Assembly: GCF_000737315.1 (NCBI RefSeq)
Contig: NZ_JMCB01000002.1
Location: 20,001 to 268,000, forward strand
From: Hyalangium minutum
Lineage (GTDB): Bacteria > Myxococcota > Myxococcia > Myxococcales > Myxococcaceae
DNA: 248,000 bases
Reading direction: 5' to 3'
Of the stretch, positions 31,000 to 41,473 are shown piece by piece. The notes under the pieces are model-generated. The model was not told the DNA's origin. It saw nothing but the letters and a program-made list of their open reading frames with translations, and made no database searches. Position numbers and translations under genes: made by a program. Position 1 is the first letter of the stretch. Every line of letters begins with the position of its first letter.

Positions 31000-32532
31000 A
31001 TGACTGCGCTGATGAGCAAGGCTACCCGCGGGCTGTGGACCCTTGCCGGGTTGGTCCTCGCTGCGGGCATCGCTTCCTTTGTCTACCGGCACTCGCCTCC
31101 CGGCGTGGAGCCAGGGCTGCGGCTCGGCGGCTCCTACCTGCAGGTGGCCCTGTCGCCGCTGCTGTTCTTGAGCGCCGGGCTGGCGATTGCGCTGGGCGTG
31201 GGCGCGCGACTCGTCACGTCCTTTGCGCACAAGGCGCCTCCGCCCATGGCGAAGCGGCCTGCCTTGTCTCCGCTGGAGGTGGTGAACGAGGACGTGGCCA
31301 TTGTCGTGCGCGAGATGCTGGTGGAGCTGGGCCGGTACCTGCGCAGCATCGTCACCCAGCCCGAGCCGGACATCATCGTCTTCATGGACTCGCTGATGGA
31401 TGGGGCCATCCGCGTCGGTGCCAGTGACGTCCACATCCACCCGCTCGAGTCGGGTACGCGCATCGCCTTCCGCGTCCACGGTGTGCTGGAGGAGGTCATC
31501 ACCATCCCCCGCGAGCACCACCCGCGCCTCATCAACCGCATCAAGGTGCTGGCGAAGCTCACCCTCTACAAGCTCGACAAGCCGCAGGACGGACATTTCC
31601 CGCTCTCCACCCATGAGGGCCCCGCCGACGTCCGCGTCTCGATTCTCCCCACCAACCACGGCGAGGCCGTGGCGCTGCGCATCGCTCGCACGGGCGTGAA
31701 GCTGCCGCAGCTCACGGCGCTCGGGTTCCCGCCTGTGCTGCAGGAGCGCTACCAGCGCATCCTCGGGCTGCCCCAGGGCGTCATCTTCGTCGCGGGCGCC
31801 ACGGGCAGCGGTAAGACGACGTCGCTGTATGCCTCGCTGGGCTTCATCAAGGAGTCCCGCGGCGAGCTGACGCGCATCGCGACCATCGAGGACCCTGTCG
31901 AGTTCGACGTGCCCCTCTTCGCGCAGACGCAGGTCAACGCCGAGCAGGGCTTCACGTTCGCGCAGGGTCTGCGCTCGGTGCTGCGCCAGGACCCGAACGT
32001 CATCATGGTGGGCGAGATCCGCGATCCGGAGACGGCGCGCACGGCCATTCAGGCGGGCCTGAGCGGTCACTTGATCGTCACCACCATCCACGCGAACTCG
32101 GCCTCGGGCGTGTTCAACCGGCTCATCGAGATGGGCGCGGAGCCGTTCCTCCTGGCATCTGCCACGGTGGCCACCATCTCGCAGCGCCTGGTGCGCGCAC
32201 TGTGCCCGCACTGCCGCACGCCGTCGCCCATCAGTCCCGAAGAGGTCATCCGCTTGGACTCGGCGGGACTGGCGGGGGGCACGTTCTACAGCCCAGTGGG
32301 CTGCCAGCGCTGCGGCGGTAGCGGGTACCTGGGCCGCACGGCCATCTACGAGATGCTGGTGGTGACACCGGCCATCCGCGATGCCATCAACGCCAAGCTG
32401 CCTTCGCCTCAGCTGCAGGAGATCGCGATGAAGGAAGGGATGGTGCCGCTGCTGGCGGCGGGGGTGGAGCGGGCGCGCGCCGGGGCGACGACGCTGCGTG
32501 AGGTGTTCCGAGTCGTCGGCGGTGGAGCCTGA
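31000..32532 (+). CDS. GspE/PulE family secretion ATPase with N-terminal TM segments
   Basis: ASDVHI, GATGSGKTT, LRQDPNVIMVGEIRD. Confidence 0.9.
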   Translation: MTALMSKATRGLWTLAGLVLAAGIASFVYRHSPPGVEPGLRLGGSYLQVALSPLLFLSAGLAIALGVGARLVTSFAHKAPPPMAKRPALSPLEVVNEDVAIVVREMLVELGRYLRSIVTQPEPDIIVFMDSLMDGAIRVGASDVHIHPLESGTRIAFRVHGVLEEVITIPREHHPRLINRIKVLAKLTLYKLDKPQDGHFPLSTHEGPADVRVSILPTNHGEAVALRIARTGVKLPQLTALGFPPVLQERYQRILGLPQGVIFVAGATGSGKTTSLYASLGFIKESRGELTRIATIEDPVEFDVPLFAQTQVNAEQGFTFAQGLRSVLRQDPNVIMVGEIRDPETARTAIQAGLSGHLIVTTIHANSASGVFNRLIEMGAEPFLLASATVATISQRLVRALCPHCRTPSPISPEEVIRLDSAGLAGGTFYSPVGCQRCGGSGYLGRTAIYEMLVVTPAIRDAINAKLPSPQLQEIAMKEGMVPLLAAGVERARAGATTLREVFRVVGGGA

Positions 32533-32549
32533 GGGCGGGGAGAAGTCAC

Positions 32550-33278
32550 GTGAGCAACGCCAAGGATCCCCAGCAGGACGAGATGATGGACGCGCTCATG
32601 GGCCGAGCCCAGGAGACCGAGCACGTCCAGTCGCGCTTCTCCAATCTTCAGGCTCCCGGTCAGTCCCCGAGCGGGCAGCCGGATCAGCCTGGAGCCAGGG
32701 GCTCGGGGACGCCGGTGTCGACGGGAACGGTGTCCGTGCACCAGCCGCTCCGGGACAAGGTGGGCACGTTCCTGCCCTCGACGGAGGGCGGGCTGTGGAA
32801 GGTGGCGGGGGCGCTGCGGCTGGGCGCGGCGGGGTTCGGGCTGATGACAGCGGTGCTGTTCGTGATGCCGGAACTGAAGGGGACGTTCCAGGCGCCGTCG
32901 TCGTTCTCGTCGCCGTCGTCGTCATCGCCGTCCGATTCGGGGAAGCAGCCGACGTACAAGACGATCGCGCCGACACTCGATACGCCGGCGGCGAACCCGG
33001 AGCAGGTCATCACCGAGCAGAGCGCGGCCTTCGATGGCGCGTCGGTCCTGATGATCGAGTCCGAGCAGAGTGGGGTTTCGGTGCGGGTGGACGGCAACGA
33101 CCAGGGGAACACGCCGGTGTCGCTGACGCTGGACTGCCTGCCAGGCAAGCCCATCAAGGTGGAGGTGTCGCGCAAGGGTTACGAGCGCGCGCAGCACCTG
33201 ACGTTCTGCCGCCCGGATACGATGATCAAGCTGTACGCCCGGCTGCGCAAAGTGGAGAAGGCGGGCGGAGCGAAGTAG
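32550..33278 (+). CDS. PEGA domain protein
   Basis: VRVDGNDQGNTP..KGYE. Confidence 0.7.
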   Translation: MSNAKDPQQDEMMDALMGRAQETEHVQSRFSNLQAPGQSPSGQPDQPGARGSGTPVSTGTVSVHQPLRDKVGTFLPSTEGGLWKVAGALRLGAAGFGLMTAVLFVMPELKGTFQAPSSFSSPSSSSPSDSGKQPTYKTIAPTLDTPAANPEQVITEQSAAFDGASVLMIESEQSGVSVRVDGNDQGNTPVSLTLDCLPGKPIKVEVSRKGYERAQHLTFCRPDTMIKLYARLRKVEKAGGAK

Positions 33279-33284
33279 CGCGGC

Positions 33285-34130
33285 TCAGCGGGAGACGGGG
33301 CTGGGAGGCCAGGACACGGGCCGGTCATTGAACCGGGCGCGGAGTCCATCGAGCGCCTGGAGTCGCACGTCGCGGTTGTACTTCTGGGCGCCGCTGACGG
33401 CTCCGAAGATGGTGCCTGTGTACCAGATCATCTCGAGCGCCCCGAGGAGCACGGCAACACCCACCTGATCGCGGCGGATGGACTCATAGAGGGCGAAGGA
33501 GAACAGGCCGTTCCATCCCAAGGCCGCGAGCCCGGTTAGTGGCTCACCGATGTAGAGGTGCCCGGCGCCCGGGACGATGGAGAGCAGCCCCGCGAGCAGG
33601 GGAGACTTGCGGGGCAGGGAGGGCCAGCTCCGAGCCGCCTGGGTCAGCGGGCCTTTCTCGGGGAGAGAGGAGACAGAGGCAAAGGCGTCCAGAGCCTCTT
33701 CTCCGCGGTCTTCCGCGAGCAGCGCCCAGCCCAGCAGATAGCGAGCACGGTCGGTGTCTGCGGGTGGCTGTGCGTCGTTCCACCGGAGGAAGGAGCGGAG
33801 GGAGAGGATCGCGGCCTGGGAGCGGCCCGAGGCGTAGCGCGCCCAACCGACCTCCAGCTGCGTCCGGGCTCGCCACTCGGGAGAGAGCTCAGCCAGGGAG
33901 AGGAAGTGGGCCTCGGCCGCATCGGGTTGCTCTCCGTGCACATAGGCGCGGCCAATGGCGAGCCGGGCCTCATCCGCCAGGGGAGAGTCCGGGTACAGAT
34001 AGAGGAAGCGTTTGTACTCACCGATGGCGCGGTAGTAGTCGCCCTCGGTGTCGAGAGCGCGGGCGAAGCCCAGCTGCTGCTCCGCGTCGGGCGCTCCTGC
34101 GAGTACGAGGGCCAGAAGGGTCAAGAGCAC
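33285..34130 (-). CDS. TPR protein
   Basis: YYRAIGEYKRFL..YP; hydrophobic C-terminus. Confidence 0.65.
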   Translation of the reverse strand: MLLTLLALVLAGAPDAEQQLGFARALDTEGDYYRAIGEYKRFLYLYPDSPLADEARLAIGRAYVHGEQPDAAEAHFLSLAELSPEWRARTQLEVGWARYASGRSQAAILSLRSFLRWNDAQPPADTDRARYLLGWALLAEDRGEEALDAFASVSSLPEKGPLTQAARSWPSLPRKSPLLAGLLSIVPGAGHLYIGEPLTGLAALGWNGLFSFALYESIRRDQVGVAVLLGALEMIWYTGTIFGAVSGAQKYNRDVRLQALDGLRARFNDRPVSWPPSPVSR

Positions 34131-34140
34131 GAATGCTCCT

Positions 34141-34833
34141 CTAACAATTGCTCGTGGGGGGTACCGGCTGAGGATAGAGGAGCTGCATCGGATCCCAGAC
34201 GTATTTGTCGATGGGGATCCAGGTGAAGTGGCTGAGGGCGTGCTTCTCAGTGAAGCGCATGAAGCGCTCGGAGACCATGAGAACTCCCCACATGCCTCGG
34301 GGACGGAACACGTCCTCCCCGTTCCAGGTTCCTGGCTCCAAGGCGAGTCCGTCGATGGCCCCAGGACCGATGGCGCGGCACCAGGTGCACCGCATGGGCT
34401 TGTGGATCAGGATGTGGCTACGGCTCATGTCCAGCGCGGGCTGGCCGTAGGTGGGCAGCACATAGAGATACCGAGGCGGTGGTCCGGGCTTGGGGCCACG
34501 GCGTTTCCGGCGGACCCGCAGAATCTCCACCGGCTGGAAGCCACTGAGCCCCGTCAGGCCCTCGGCCTTGAAGTCTTCAGCAAAGCGCTCGGTTACCAGC
34601 AGTCCACCGCTGGGCTCCTGCATGAGGTCTCCGAAGTCCTTGCCGTAGAGCTCCAACTCACCTTGGAACGGAGGCTCCCAAGTCAGCATCCCCACGGTCT
34701 CTCCGCATTGAGGACAGCGCAGCGCAGGGCCGACATTCGCCTTGCTCGGGCTGAACTCCGTGTCGTGCTGGCCCTCAGTGAGCTTCTTCATGACGAAGAA
34801 GCGCGGTGGGGTTGAAGAAAAGTTAGCAGCCAT
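34141..34833 (-). CDS. Double-CxxC protein, immunity-like
   Basis: CPQCG and CTWCR; VTERF/VSERF motifs as in double-CXXCG proteins. Confidence 0.5.
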   Translation of the reverse strand: MAANFSSTPPRFFVMKKLTEGQHDTEFSPSKANVGPALRCPQCGETVGMLTWEPPFQGELELYGKDFGDLMQEPSGGLLVTERFAEDFKAEGLTGLSGFQPVEILRVRRKRRGPKPGPPPRYLYVLPTYGQPALDMSRSHILIHKPMRCTWCRAIGPGAIDGLALEPGTWNGEDVFRPRGMWGVLMVSERFMRFTEKHALSHFTWIPIDKYVWDPMQLLYPQPVPPTSNC

Positions 34834-34927
34834 CAGTGAAGATCGTGCGCATCTCTGGCCGACTACAGAATTACTGCAAGAAGATTTCGAACTCCGCAGG
34901 AGTCACTGTCTTGTGGAATCCAACAAA

Positions 34928-35512
34928 CTATATGGGCGTGTTTGGTGGATTATTTAGTTCCGCTAGTCTGGATGTTTTGCGAATGCGCTCTGCTTCTTCG
35001 AAATACTTGCTGAGTTGCGTGACCTCGTCTGGGCCGAACGCCTCAGGACGGTCCATTATCCTCCGTCGAAGATCAAAGAACTCGGATTCGGCTGTTCGGT
35101 ATGCTCTGTAATTTTCTTCGGCCCGGAAAGCTTTGCTGATTCCGAGTAAGAGTCCGCTGGTTAAAGTTAAGATTGTCATGAATGCTTTCGCCCAAAGATT
35201 TGCTGGATCGTATTCTTGTACCAAGGCTGCAACTAGGATCGAGGCGCTCACGCTCCAGGTGACCGAATAAACATGAAGTCTCTCGAACAAAGCCGCTTTG
35301 CTTTTCCAAAACACTAGAGTGCCCATGAACCGATCGTAGTGCTGCTGAAGGCGCTCTCGGGAAGGCTCTTTGAAATGAACTGCTTTCTCGAAGCCGGAAC
35401 CACCGGGATGCAATTGTACGCGGCGAAAGAGGCTAATGAAGAGGTGAAGAAATGTACCAGCGGCGCATGCTGCCAGGACAGTCGTTGCGATTTGCCAGAG
35501 GTCCACCAACAT
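34928..35512 (-). CDS. SLATT/DUF4231-like two-TM protein in low-GC patch
   Basis: Two TM helices followed by ENYRAYRTAESE. Confidence 0.6.
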   Translation of the reverse strand: MLVDLWQIATTVLAACAAGTFLHLFISLFRRVQLHPGGSGFEKAVHFKEPSRERLQQHYDRFMGTLVFWKSKAALFERLHVYSVTWSVSASILVAALVQEYDPANLWAKAFMTILTLTSGLLLGISKAFRAEENYRAYRTAESEFFDLRRRIMDRPEAFGPDEVTQLSKYFEEAERIRKTSRLAELNNPPNTPI

Positions 35513-35823
35513 TCAACAGCCTCTCCGAAGAAGTATTGTTAGAGAGTGTATCGAAACTGAGGATTCGAAGGGCAAGTCCACTAGGTGCGTGTCGGAGTAC
35601 CGCCAAAATTCGGCTCCTACATACGATCTGTAGCGGTGCGTGTAGATCGCACCACTCATGATGTAGTGGGTCGTCGAGGTTCTCCGACAGGCTCCTAGCG
35701 GGTCTTGTTGCATAGAAAATCACTTTGGGCTTCGTTGCGCTCAAACTTGAGGGTTCCTAATTCGTGCAAGTTGGGTGTGGATTCCATCCTGCGAATGATG
35801 GGACTACTTGCAAGTAGAGCCAC

Positions 35824-36216
35824 TCAGGGAAACCAAAACGTGCTCTCCTCGAGCGGATCCACGAAGACGATTCGCCCCGCTCGCAGCGTCACGGGGAGTT
35901 GCCGCGCCGCAGAGGACTGGGTGCCTCGCAGCAGCCGATCATAGGCCAGCCAGAGCCCCACCACGCCATGCCGGCTGACCGCCTCTCGCGCGTAGGCTGA
36001 GCAGGTGGGCCAGTGCGAGCAACGCGGACCATCGATGGGCGTCACGACGGTTCGGTAGAAGAGATAGGCCACCTGGAGGAAGTCCCCGGCGGGCGGCTCG
36101 TGCCGCACGGGAGCGGCACGAACCACTTCACGAGTGACGGGGTGGCGGGCACTCCCGAACGGCGGCGGAGAGACCGTCAGGGTCCAGGTGGTGGCTGCGG
36201 CGAGGACGAAGCGCAT
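35824..36216 (-). CDS. yidD: Membrane protein insertion efficiency factor YidD-like
   Basis: CSHWPTCSAYAREAVSRHG. Confidence 0.75.
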   Translation of the reverse strand: MRFVLAAATTWTLTVSPPPFGSARHPVTREVVRAAPVRHEPPAGDFLQVAYLFYRTVVTPIDGPRCSHWPTCSAYAREAVSRHGVVGLWLAYDRLLRGTQSSAARQLPVTLRAGRIVFVDPLEESTFWFP

Positions 36217-36221
36217 GGAAC

Positions 36222-37910
36222 TCAGGGCGCAGCGTTATAGACCGCGTCTCCACCCACCACGGTCATCCGCACCTGGGCCGTGAGCAGGTCCGATGGCTGC
36301 GCGTCCACCGGATCCACCGAGAGCGCCACGAAGTCCGCATCCATCCCCGGCTTCAGCCGCCCACGCAGGTCCTCCGCGAAGGACGCATAGGCGTTGCCCA
36401 CCGTGAAGCCCTCGAGCGCCTCTTCGCCGCTGAGGCGCTGGTCCGGGAGCCAGCCGCCCGGAGGTTGGCCCGCCGCGTCCTGCCGCGTGCGCGCCGCATA
36501 CAGCCCCGCGAGCATGTCCGGACGCTCCACCGGGAAGTCGCTGCCCAGCGCCAGAGTCGCCCCCGCCGCCTTGAGCCGCTGCCACGCATAGGCCCCGCGA
36601 ATGCGCTCGGGCCCCACGCGCGTCTCCGCCCACGGCATGTCGCTGGTGGCGTGCGTGGGCTGCACGCTCGCAATGAACCCGTTTGCCCCCAGCTTCGTGA
36701 TGTCCTCCAGCCGCATCACCTGCGCGTGCTCCACGCGGTGGCGCCCCTTGCGAACGCCCTCGGGGCCCGCCACGCGCAGCAGCGTGTCGACGACGAGGGT
36801 GTTGGCCCGGTCCCCGATCGCGTGCGTGGCCACCTGGAAGCCCCGGCCGATGAACGCCCGCACCCGAGCTTCATACTCCTCGGGGCTGAGCAGAAGCAGG
36901 CCGCTCTGGCTGGGCTCATCGCTGTACGGCTTGTGGAGCGCCGCGCCCCGGCTGCCCAATGCCCCGTCCACCATCAGCTTCACCGCCCGCATCGTCAGCC
37001 GGTTGCCCTGGAACGGCCCCATCTCCAGGAACTTCTCCCAGTCGGGCCCCATCCCCGCTGCCATCGCGTAGACGCGCAGCGGGAGGCGGTTCTCGGCGTC
37101 CCAGCGCTTGAGCAGGTTGAAGGTCCGCAGGTCCATGCCCGCGTCATGCACGCCCGTCATTCCATGGCGCGCGCACACGGACAGCGCCGCCGTGAGCTGG
37201 GCCTCGAACTGCTCGTCCGTGGGTGGAGGCATGACGGCATCGATGAGGTTCATCGCGTTGTCCACGAGGATGCCGGTGGGCTCGCCATCCGGGCCTCGGA
37301 CGATGCGCCCGCCCTGCGGATCCTTCGTGTCCCGGGTGATGTGCGCGCGCCGCAGGGCCTCTCCGTTGACCCAGAGGGCATGGCCGTCGATGCGTGACAA
37401 GGCAATGGGCGTGGTGGGCCAGCCCGCATCCAGCTCCGTTCGCGTAGGGAACGTCTTCTCCGGCCAGTCGTTCTGGTCCCACCCTTGTCCGATGAGCCAG
37501 TCTCCCTGGTACGCGGCGCGGGTTGCGGCCTTCAGGCGATCGATGACCTGCTGCCGCGAGTCTGCCCCCACCAACGCCACGGCGGAGAGCGCACGGCCCA
37601 GCCCCTCCAGGTGTCCATGGGCGTCGGTGAGACCCGGCACCACCGTCGCCGCCCCGAGATCCACCACGCGCGCGTCATGGCCCGCCGCGGCGTGCACCTC
37701 TTCGCGGGAGCCCACCGCCAGCACCTTGCCATCTCGCACGGCGAGGGCCTCGGCCAGCGGGCGCGCCGGATCGAGCGTCCGGATCCGATGGGCGACGTAC
37801 ACGGTGGTGGTGGAAGAGGGAGGAGGCTGCACCTCCGGGCCGCGCCGGGGACAGCCGGCCACGCACACCAGGAGGAGCACTGCCGCGGAGGCATATCGAA
37901 CACGTTGCAT
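36222..37910 (-). CDS. Amidohydrolase 3 (YtcJ-like) lipoprotein
   Basis: PGLTDAHGH; HAIGDRA; RVEHAQ; GSDFPV. Confidence 0.9.
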   Translation of the reverse strand: MQRVRYASAAVLLLVCVAGCPRRGPEVQPPPSSTTTVYVAHRIRTLDPARPLAEALAVRDGKVLAVGSREEVHAAAGHDARVVDLGAATVVPGLTDAHGHLEGLGRALSAVALVGADSRQQVIDRLKAATRAAYQGDWLIGQGWDQNDWPEKTFPTRTELDAGWPTTPIALSRIDGHALWVNGEALRRAHITRDTKDPQGGRIVRGPDGEPTGILVDNAMNLIDAVMPPPTDEQFEAQLTAALSVCARHGMTGVHDAGMDLRTFNLLKRWDAENRLPLRVYAMAAGMGPDWEKFLEMGPFQGNRLTMRAVKLMVDGALGSRGAALHKPYSDEPSQSGLLLLSPEEYEARVRAFIGRGFQVATHAIGDRANTLVVDTLLRVAGPEGVRKGRHRVEHAQVMRLEDITKLGANGFIASVQPTHATSDMPWAETRVGPERIRGAYAWQRLKAAGATLALGSDFPVERPDMLAGLYAARTRQDAAGQPPGGWLPDQRLSGEEALEGFTVGNAYASFAEDLRGRLKPGMDADFVALSVDPVDAQPSDLLTAQVRMTVVGGDAVYNAAP

Positions 37911-38005
37911 CGGGACACCTGCCAGGGGGCCGCCCCGGACGCCGGGGCGAGGGCGCGGCACTCTGGCGCACCCGCGCGTGGCTGGCTACGGCGTTGGTGC
38001 CCCTG

Positions 38006-38779
38006 TCACGGGTGGTCCGGGTGGAGCCGGTGCCGCCACGTGGTGCGCTGCGCGGTGAAGGCGCGATTCTCGAACAGCTTGATGAGCGCTGCCCCCGCCA
38101 CGAAGCCACCGATGTGCGCCCACACCGCGACACCGCCCGAGGCATCCGAACGGATGGACGAGAGCTGCGGCAGGCCGGTGATGAGCTGGAGGACGAACCA
38201 GTAGATGAGCACCACCCAGGCGGGCACGGGGATGATGCGGATGAAGATGATGATGAAGATGAGCAGGTTCACCCGCACGCGCGGGTAGAGCACCAGGTAC
38301 GCCCCCAGAATGCCCGAGATGGCCCCCGAGGCCCCCACCGTGGGCACCGGCGACGCCGGTTCAATCATCACGTGCGCGCCCGCCGCGATGAGCCCACACA
38401 AGAGGTAGAAGACGAGGAAGCGAAACCGCCCCATGCTGTCCTCGATGTTGTTGCCGAAGACCCAGAAGAACAGGCAGTTGCCGAGGAGGTGGCCCCAGCC
38501 TCCGTGGAGGAACATGGAGGTGATCGGGGTGAAGAGGTTGATGGGCTCGTTGTCGATGACACAGGCGGCGGTGCGGCTCATCGGCACCGCGAGCCCCAGT
38601 GGTGCCCGGCCCGTCAGCTCGCCGGGCACCATGCCCCAGTTGCACACGCTCACGGCCAGCGCTTCGCTGTGCAGCCCCGCTCCCTGGAAGAAGAGCCACA
38701 CGAAGACGATGATCCCCAGCAGCAGGTACGTCATCACCGGGGTGCGCAGGGTTGGGTTGTCGTCACTGATAGGAAACAT
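38006..38779 (-). CDS. Rhomboid intramembrane serine protease
   Basis: HLLGN; GASGAI; AHIGG. Confidence 0.92.
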   Translation of the reverse strand: MFPISDDNPTLRTPVMTYLLLGIIVFVWLFFQGAGLHSEALAVSVCNWGMVPGELTGRAPLGLAVPMSRTAACVIDNEPINLFTPITSMFLHGGWGHLLGNCLFFWVFGNNIEDSMGRFRFLVFYLLCGLIAAGAHVMIEPASPVPTVGASGAISGILGAYLVLYPRVRVNLLIFIIIFIRIIPVPAWVVLIYWFVLQLITGLPQLSSIRSDASGGVAVWAHIGGFVAGAALIKLFENRAFTAQRTTWRHRLHPDHP

Positions 38780-38906
38780 AGCGGGGCCCCATCATGGGCA
38801 CGGGGGCCCCCCGGCGTCAGGCATTCGCACCTTCCCTGTAAAGCGCATGACGTCCGGGCTCTCCGGCCGTTCCGAGCCGTCCCAGGCCGGTTAACTTCTT
38901 GGGACC

Positions 38907-39812
38907 ATGGTTCCACTCGCGACCCTGTCCCTGTCCCTGCCGTCCCTGCGCATGAAGGCGCTCGAGGCGGGCCCTGCCCATGGGCCGCTCGTCCTGCTCC
39001 TGCACGGCTTCCCAGAGCTGTCCGAGAGTTGGCGCGAGGTGCTCCCGGTGCTCGGGGCCGCGGGCTTCCACGCCGTGGCCCCGGACCTGCGCGGCTATGG
39101 CGGCACGGATCGGCCCAAGCATGGATATGACTTGGACACGCTCGCTGCGGACATCTACCAGCTCGCCCGGCACCTGCAGCCCGGCCGGCCCGTGCATGTG
39201 GTGGGGCATGACTGGGGCGGTGCCATCGCCTACCACCTCGCCGCCCGGCACCCGGAGGTGGTGGACCGGCTCGTCGTCATCAACTGTCCCCACCCGGTGG
39301 TGATGGCCCGGCGCATCTGGAACCCAGCCCAGCTCGCGCGCTCCTGGTACATGTTCTTCTTCCAACTGCCCTGGCTGCCCGAGAAGAAGCTCTCCCAGAA
39401 CCATGGCGCCGCCGTGCCGCGCTCCATCCGCCGGGCCCTGGTGGACAGTTCACGCGTTCCGCCCGAGCGCCTGCAGCCCTACGCGGACAACTTCGCCAGT
39501 CCCGAGGCCGCCCGCGCGGCGCTCGCTTACTACCGCACGGCCATTCGCAGTCTGCTGACGCCCTGGGGCCTGCGCCGCATGCGGGAGGGTTACCCGCGCA
39601 TCCGCGCGCCCTTCCTGCTCATCTGGGGCGAGGAGGACGTGGCCCTCGGCCGCGAGCTCACCTACGATTTGGAGCCCTGGTTCGAGCACCCGCCGCAGGT
39701 GCGCTATCTGCCGAACGTGGGGCACTTCGTCCCATTGGAGGCCCCGGAGCAGGTGGCCTCGCTGCTGACGGAGTTCCTCGGAGTCGAGGCGCCCCGGGCG
39801 CAGGCCCATTGA
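38907..39812 (+). CDS. Alpha/beta hydrolase (epoxide hydrolase-like)
   Basis: HGFPE; GHDWGG. Confidence 0.9.
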   Translation: MVPLATLSLSLPSLRMKALEAGPAHGPLVLLLHGFPELSESWREVLPVLGAAGFHAVAPDLRGYGGTDRPKHGYDLDTLAADIYQLARHLQPGRPVHVVGHDWGGAIAYHLAARHPEVVDRLVVINCPHPVVMARRIWNPAQLARSWYMFFFQLPWLPEKKLSQNHGAAVPRSIRRALVDSSRVPPERLQPYADNFASPEAARAALAYYRTAIRSLLTPWGLRRMREGYPRIRAPFLLIWGEEDVALGRELTYDLEPWFEHPPQVRYLPNVGHFVPLEAPEQVASLLTEFLGVEAPRAQAH

Positions 39813-39891
39813 CAATCCATACATCGTGCCTCTTGGCTCGGACGGGGGCCCGTGCTTTGAACGAGGCTCCTCTCACCGCTGGAGCCGAACC

Positions 39892-40404
39892 ATGACGCTG
39901 TCGAAGTCCCCGCTGGGTTCCACCGCGCTGTTGCTGGTGGCCGCTCTCGCCCTCTCCACTGGCTGTGCCGCCAATCGCCGGGAGACCTATCTCCAGGAGA
40001 AGGCTGGTACCCACGTCTACCGCCAGCCCCTCGCCGAGGTGTGGCCCAAGGCCAAGGAGCTCCTCACCGAGGAGGGCTATTCTGTCATGGAGGCCAAGGG
40101 CGGCTTCGAGATGCAGACGGACTGGACGATGCAGGGCGCTCCCTCCTCGCTGGGCACCGCCTACGCGCGCTACCTCGTGCGCGGCATCGAGAAGGGCCCG
40201 GGCCAGTCCACGGTGGAGTTCCTCAGGCAGAACCGCGTCGAGTCCCAGGGCGCCCACGACACCAACACGGGCGCTGCCTCGGCCGCTGCGGCGGACTCCA
40301 GCTCGCTCACCCGCGACTATGCGCTGGAGTGGAAGCTGCTCCAGAAGGTGGATCCGGAGACCGCCAAGGCCTGGGAGGCCGAGGCCGCTCAGAAGGTGCA
40401 GTAG
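39892..40404 (+). CDS. Lipoprotein
   Basis: Lipobox STGC. Confidence 0.6.
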   Translation: MTLSKSPLGSTALLLVAALALSTGCAANRRETYLQEKAGTHVYRQPLAEVWPKAKELLTEEGYSVMEAKGGFEMQTDWTMQGAPSSLGTAYARYLVRGIEKGPGQSTVEFLRQNRVESQGAHDTNTGAASAAAADSSSLTRDYALEWKLLQKVDPETAKAWEAEAAQKVQ

Positions 40405-40410
40405 CCCCGC

Positions 40411-41334
40411 TCAGTCCCGCAGAGGGACTTCCACGGTGAGCCCGTCGTGGGCCACCTCCACCGGCCCCTTGAACTCCTCGCGCGCCTGCACGAGCAGCTT
40501 CGAGGGGTCGGTGTCGTGCCGGCTGGACAGGTGCGTGAGGATGAGGCGCCGCACACCTGCCTCGTGCGCCACCCGCGCCGCCTCGCGCGCCGTGGAGTGC
40601 CGCGTCTCCAGCGCCCGCTCCTGCTCGTCATCGCTGAAGGTGGACTCGTGGATGAGCAGGTCCGCGTCCTTCGCCGCTCGCGTCAGCGAGGCGCACGGCC
40701 GCGTGTCGCCGGAGATGACCAGCCGCCTCCCGCTGCGCGGTGCTCCCAGCACGTCCTCGGGCCGCACCGTGGTGCCGTCCGGCAGCGTCACGCTCTCGCC
40801 CTTCTGCAGCCGGCCGAAGTCCGGGCCCGGCGGCACCCCGAGCGCCTTCGCCTTCTCCAGATGGAAGCGCCCGGGCCGGTCATCCTCCGCCAGCACGTAC
40901 CCCAGCGCGTTGATGCGGTGGTCCACGCCCACCGCGTGCACCGTGTAGCCCTCGCGGCGCACGCTGTCCCCGTCCTTCAGCTCGTGAATCTCCACCGGGA
41001 AGGCCAGCTGCTCCACGCCCAGGTGCACCGCCTGGTGCAGCACGCGCTTGGCGGTGGGCGGGCCGTACAGGCGCACGGGCTGGGCGCGCCCCATCATCCC
41101 CAGCGTCCGCAGGAAGCCGATGATTCCCAGGTAGTGGTCCGCGTGGAAGTGCGTGAAGAAGACGGCGTCCACGGTGAAGCCAGTGCCGTAGCGCACCATC
41201 TGCCGCTGGCTGCCCTCGCCACAATCGAAGAGCAGCAGGTCCGCATCCGCCTTCACCGCCAGCCCGGAGAGGTTCCGGTGCAGCGTGGGCTGCGCGGCGG
41301 AGGTGCCAAGGAAGGTGAGCCTCAGAAGAGTCAT
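40411..41334 (-). CDS. rnz: Ribonuclease Z
   Basis: FLGTSA; HFHADH; SGDT; HEST; THLS. Confidence 0.95.
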   Translation of the reverse strand: MTLLRLTFLGTSAAQPTLHRNLSGLAVKADADLLLFDCGEGSQRQMVRYGTGFTVDAVFFTHFHADHYLGIIGFLRTLGMMGRAQPVRLYGPPTAKRVLHQAVHLGVEQLAFPVEIHELKDGDSVRREGYTVHAVGVDHRINALGYVLAEDDRPGRFHLEKAKALGVPPGPDFGRLQKGESVTLPDGTTVRPEDVLGAPRSGRRLVISGDTRPCASLTRAAKDADLLIHESTFSDDEQERALETRHSTAREAARVAHEAGVRRLILTHLSSRHDTDPSKLLVQAREEFKGPVEVAHDGLTVEVPLRD

Positions 41335-41473
41335 GCCGGCGCTTCCCACGAAAGAGAGGTCCTCCCGCGTCAACGGCCCTTCCTCCAGGGAGCGGAGGGG
41401 ACGCGAGGCCGCACGCGTGCGGGCCATTTAGCAGGCTTGGCCGGGCCCGTGGTATGGACCGCGCCCCTGTCCC

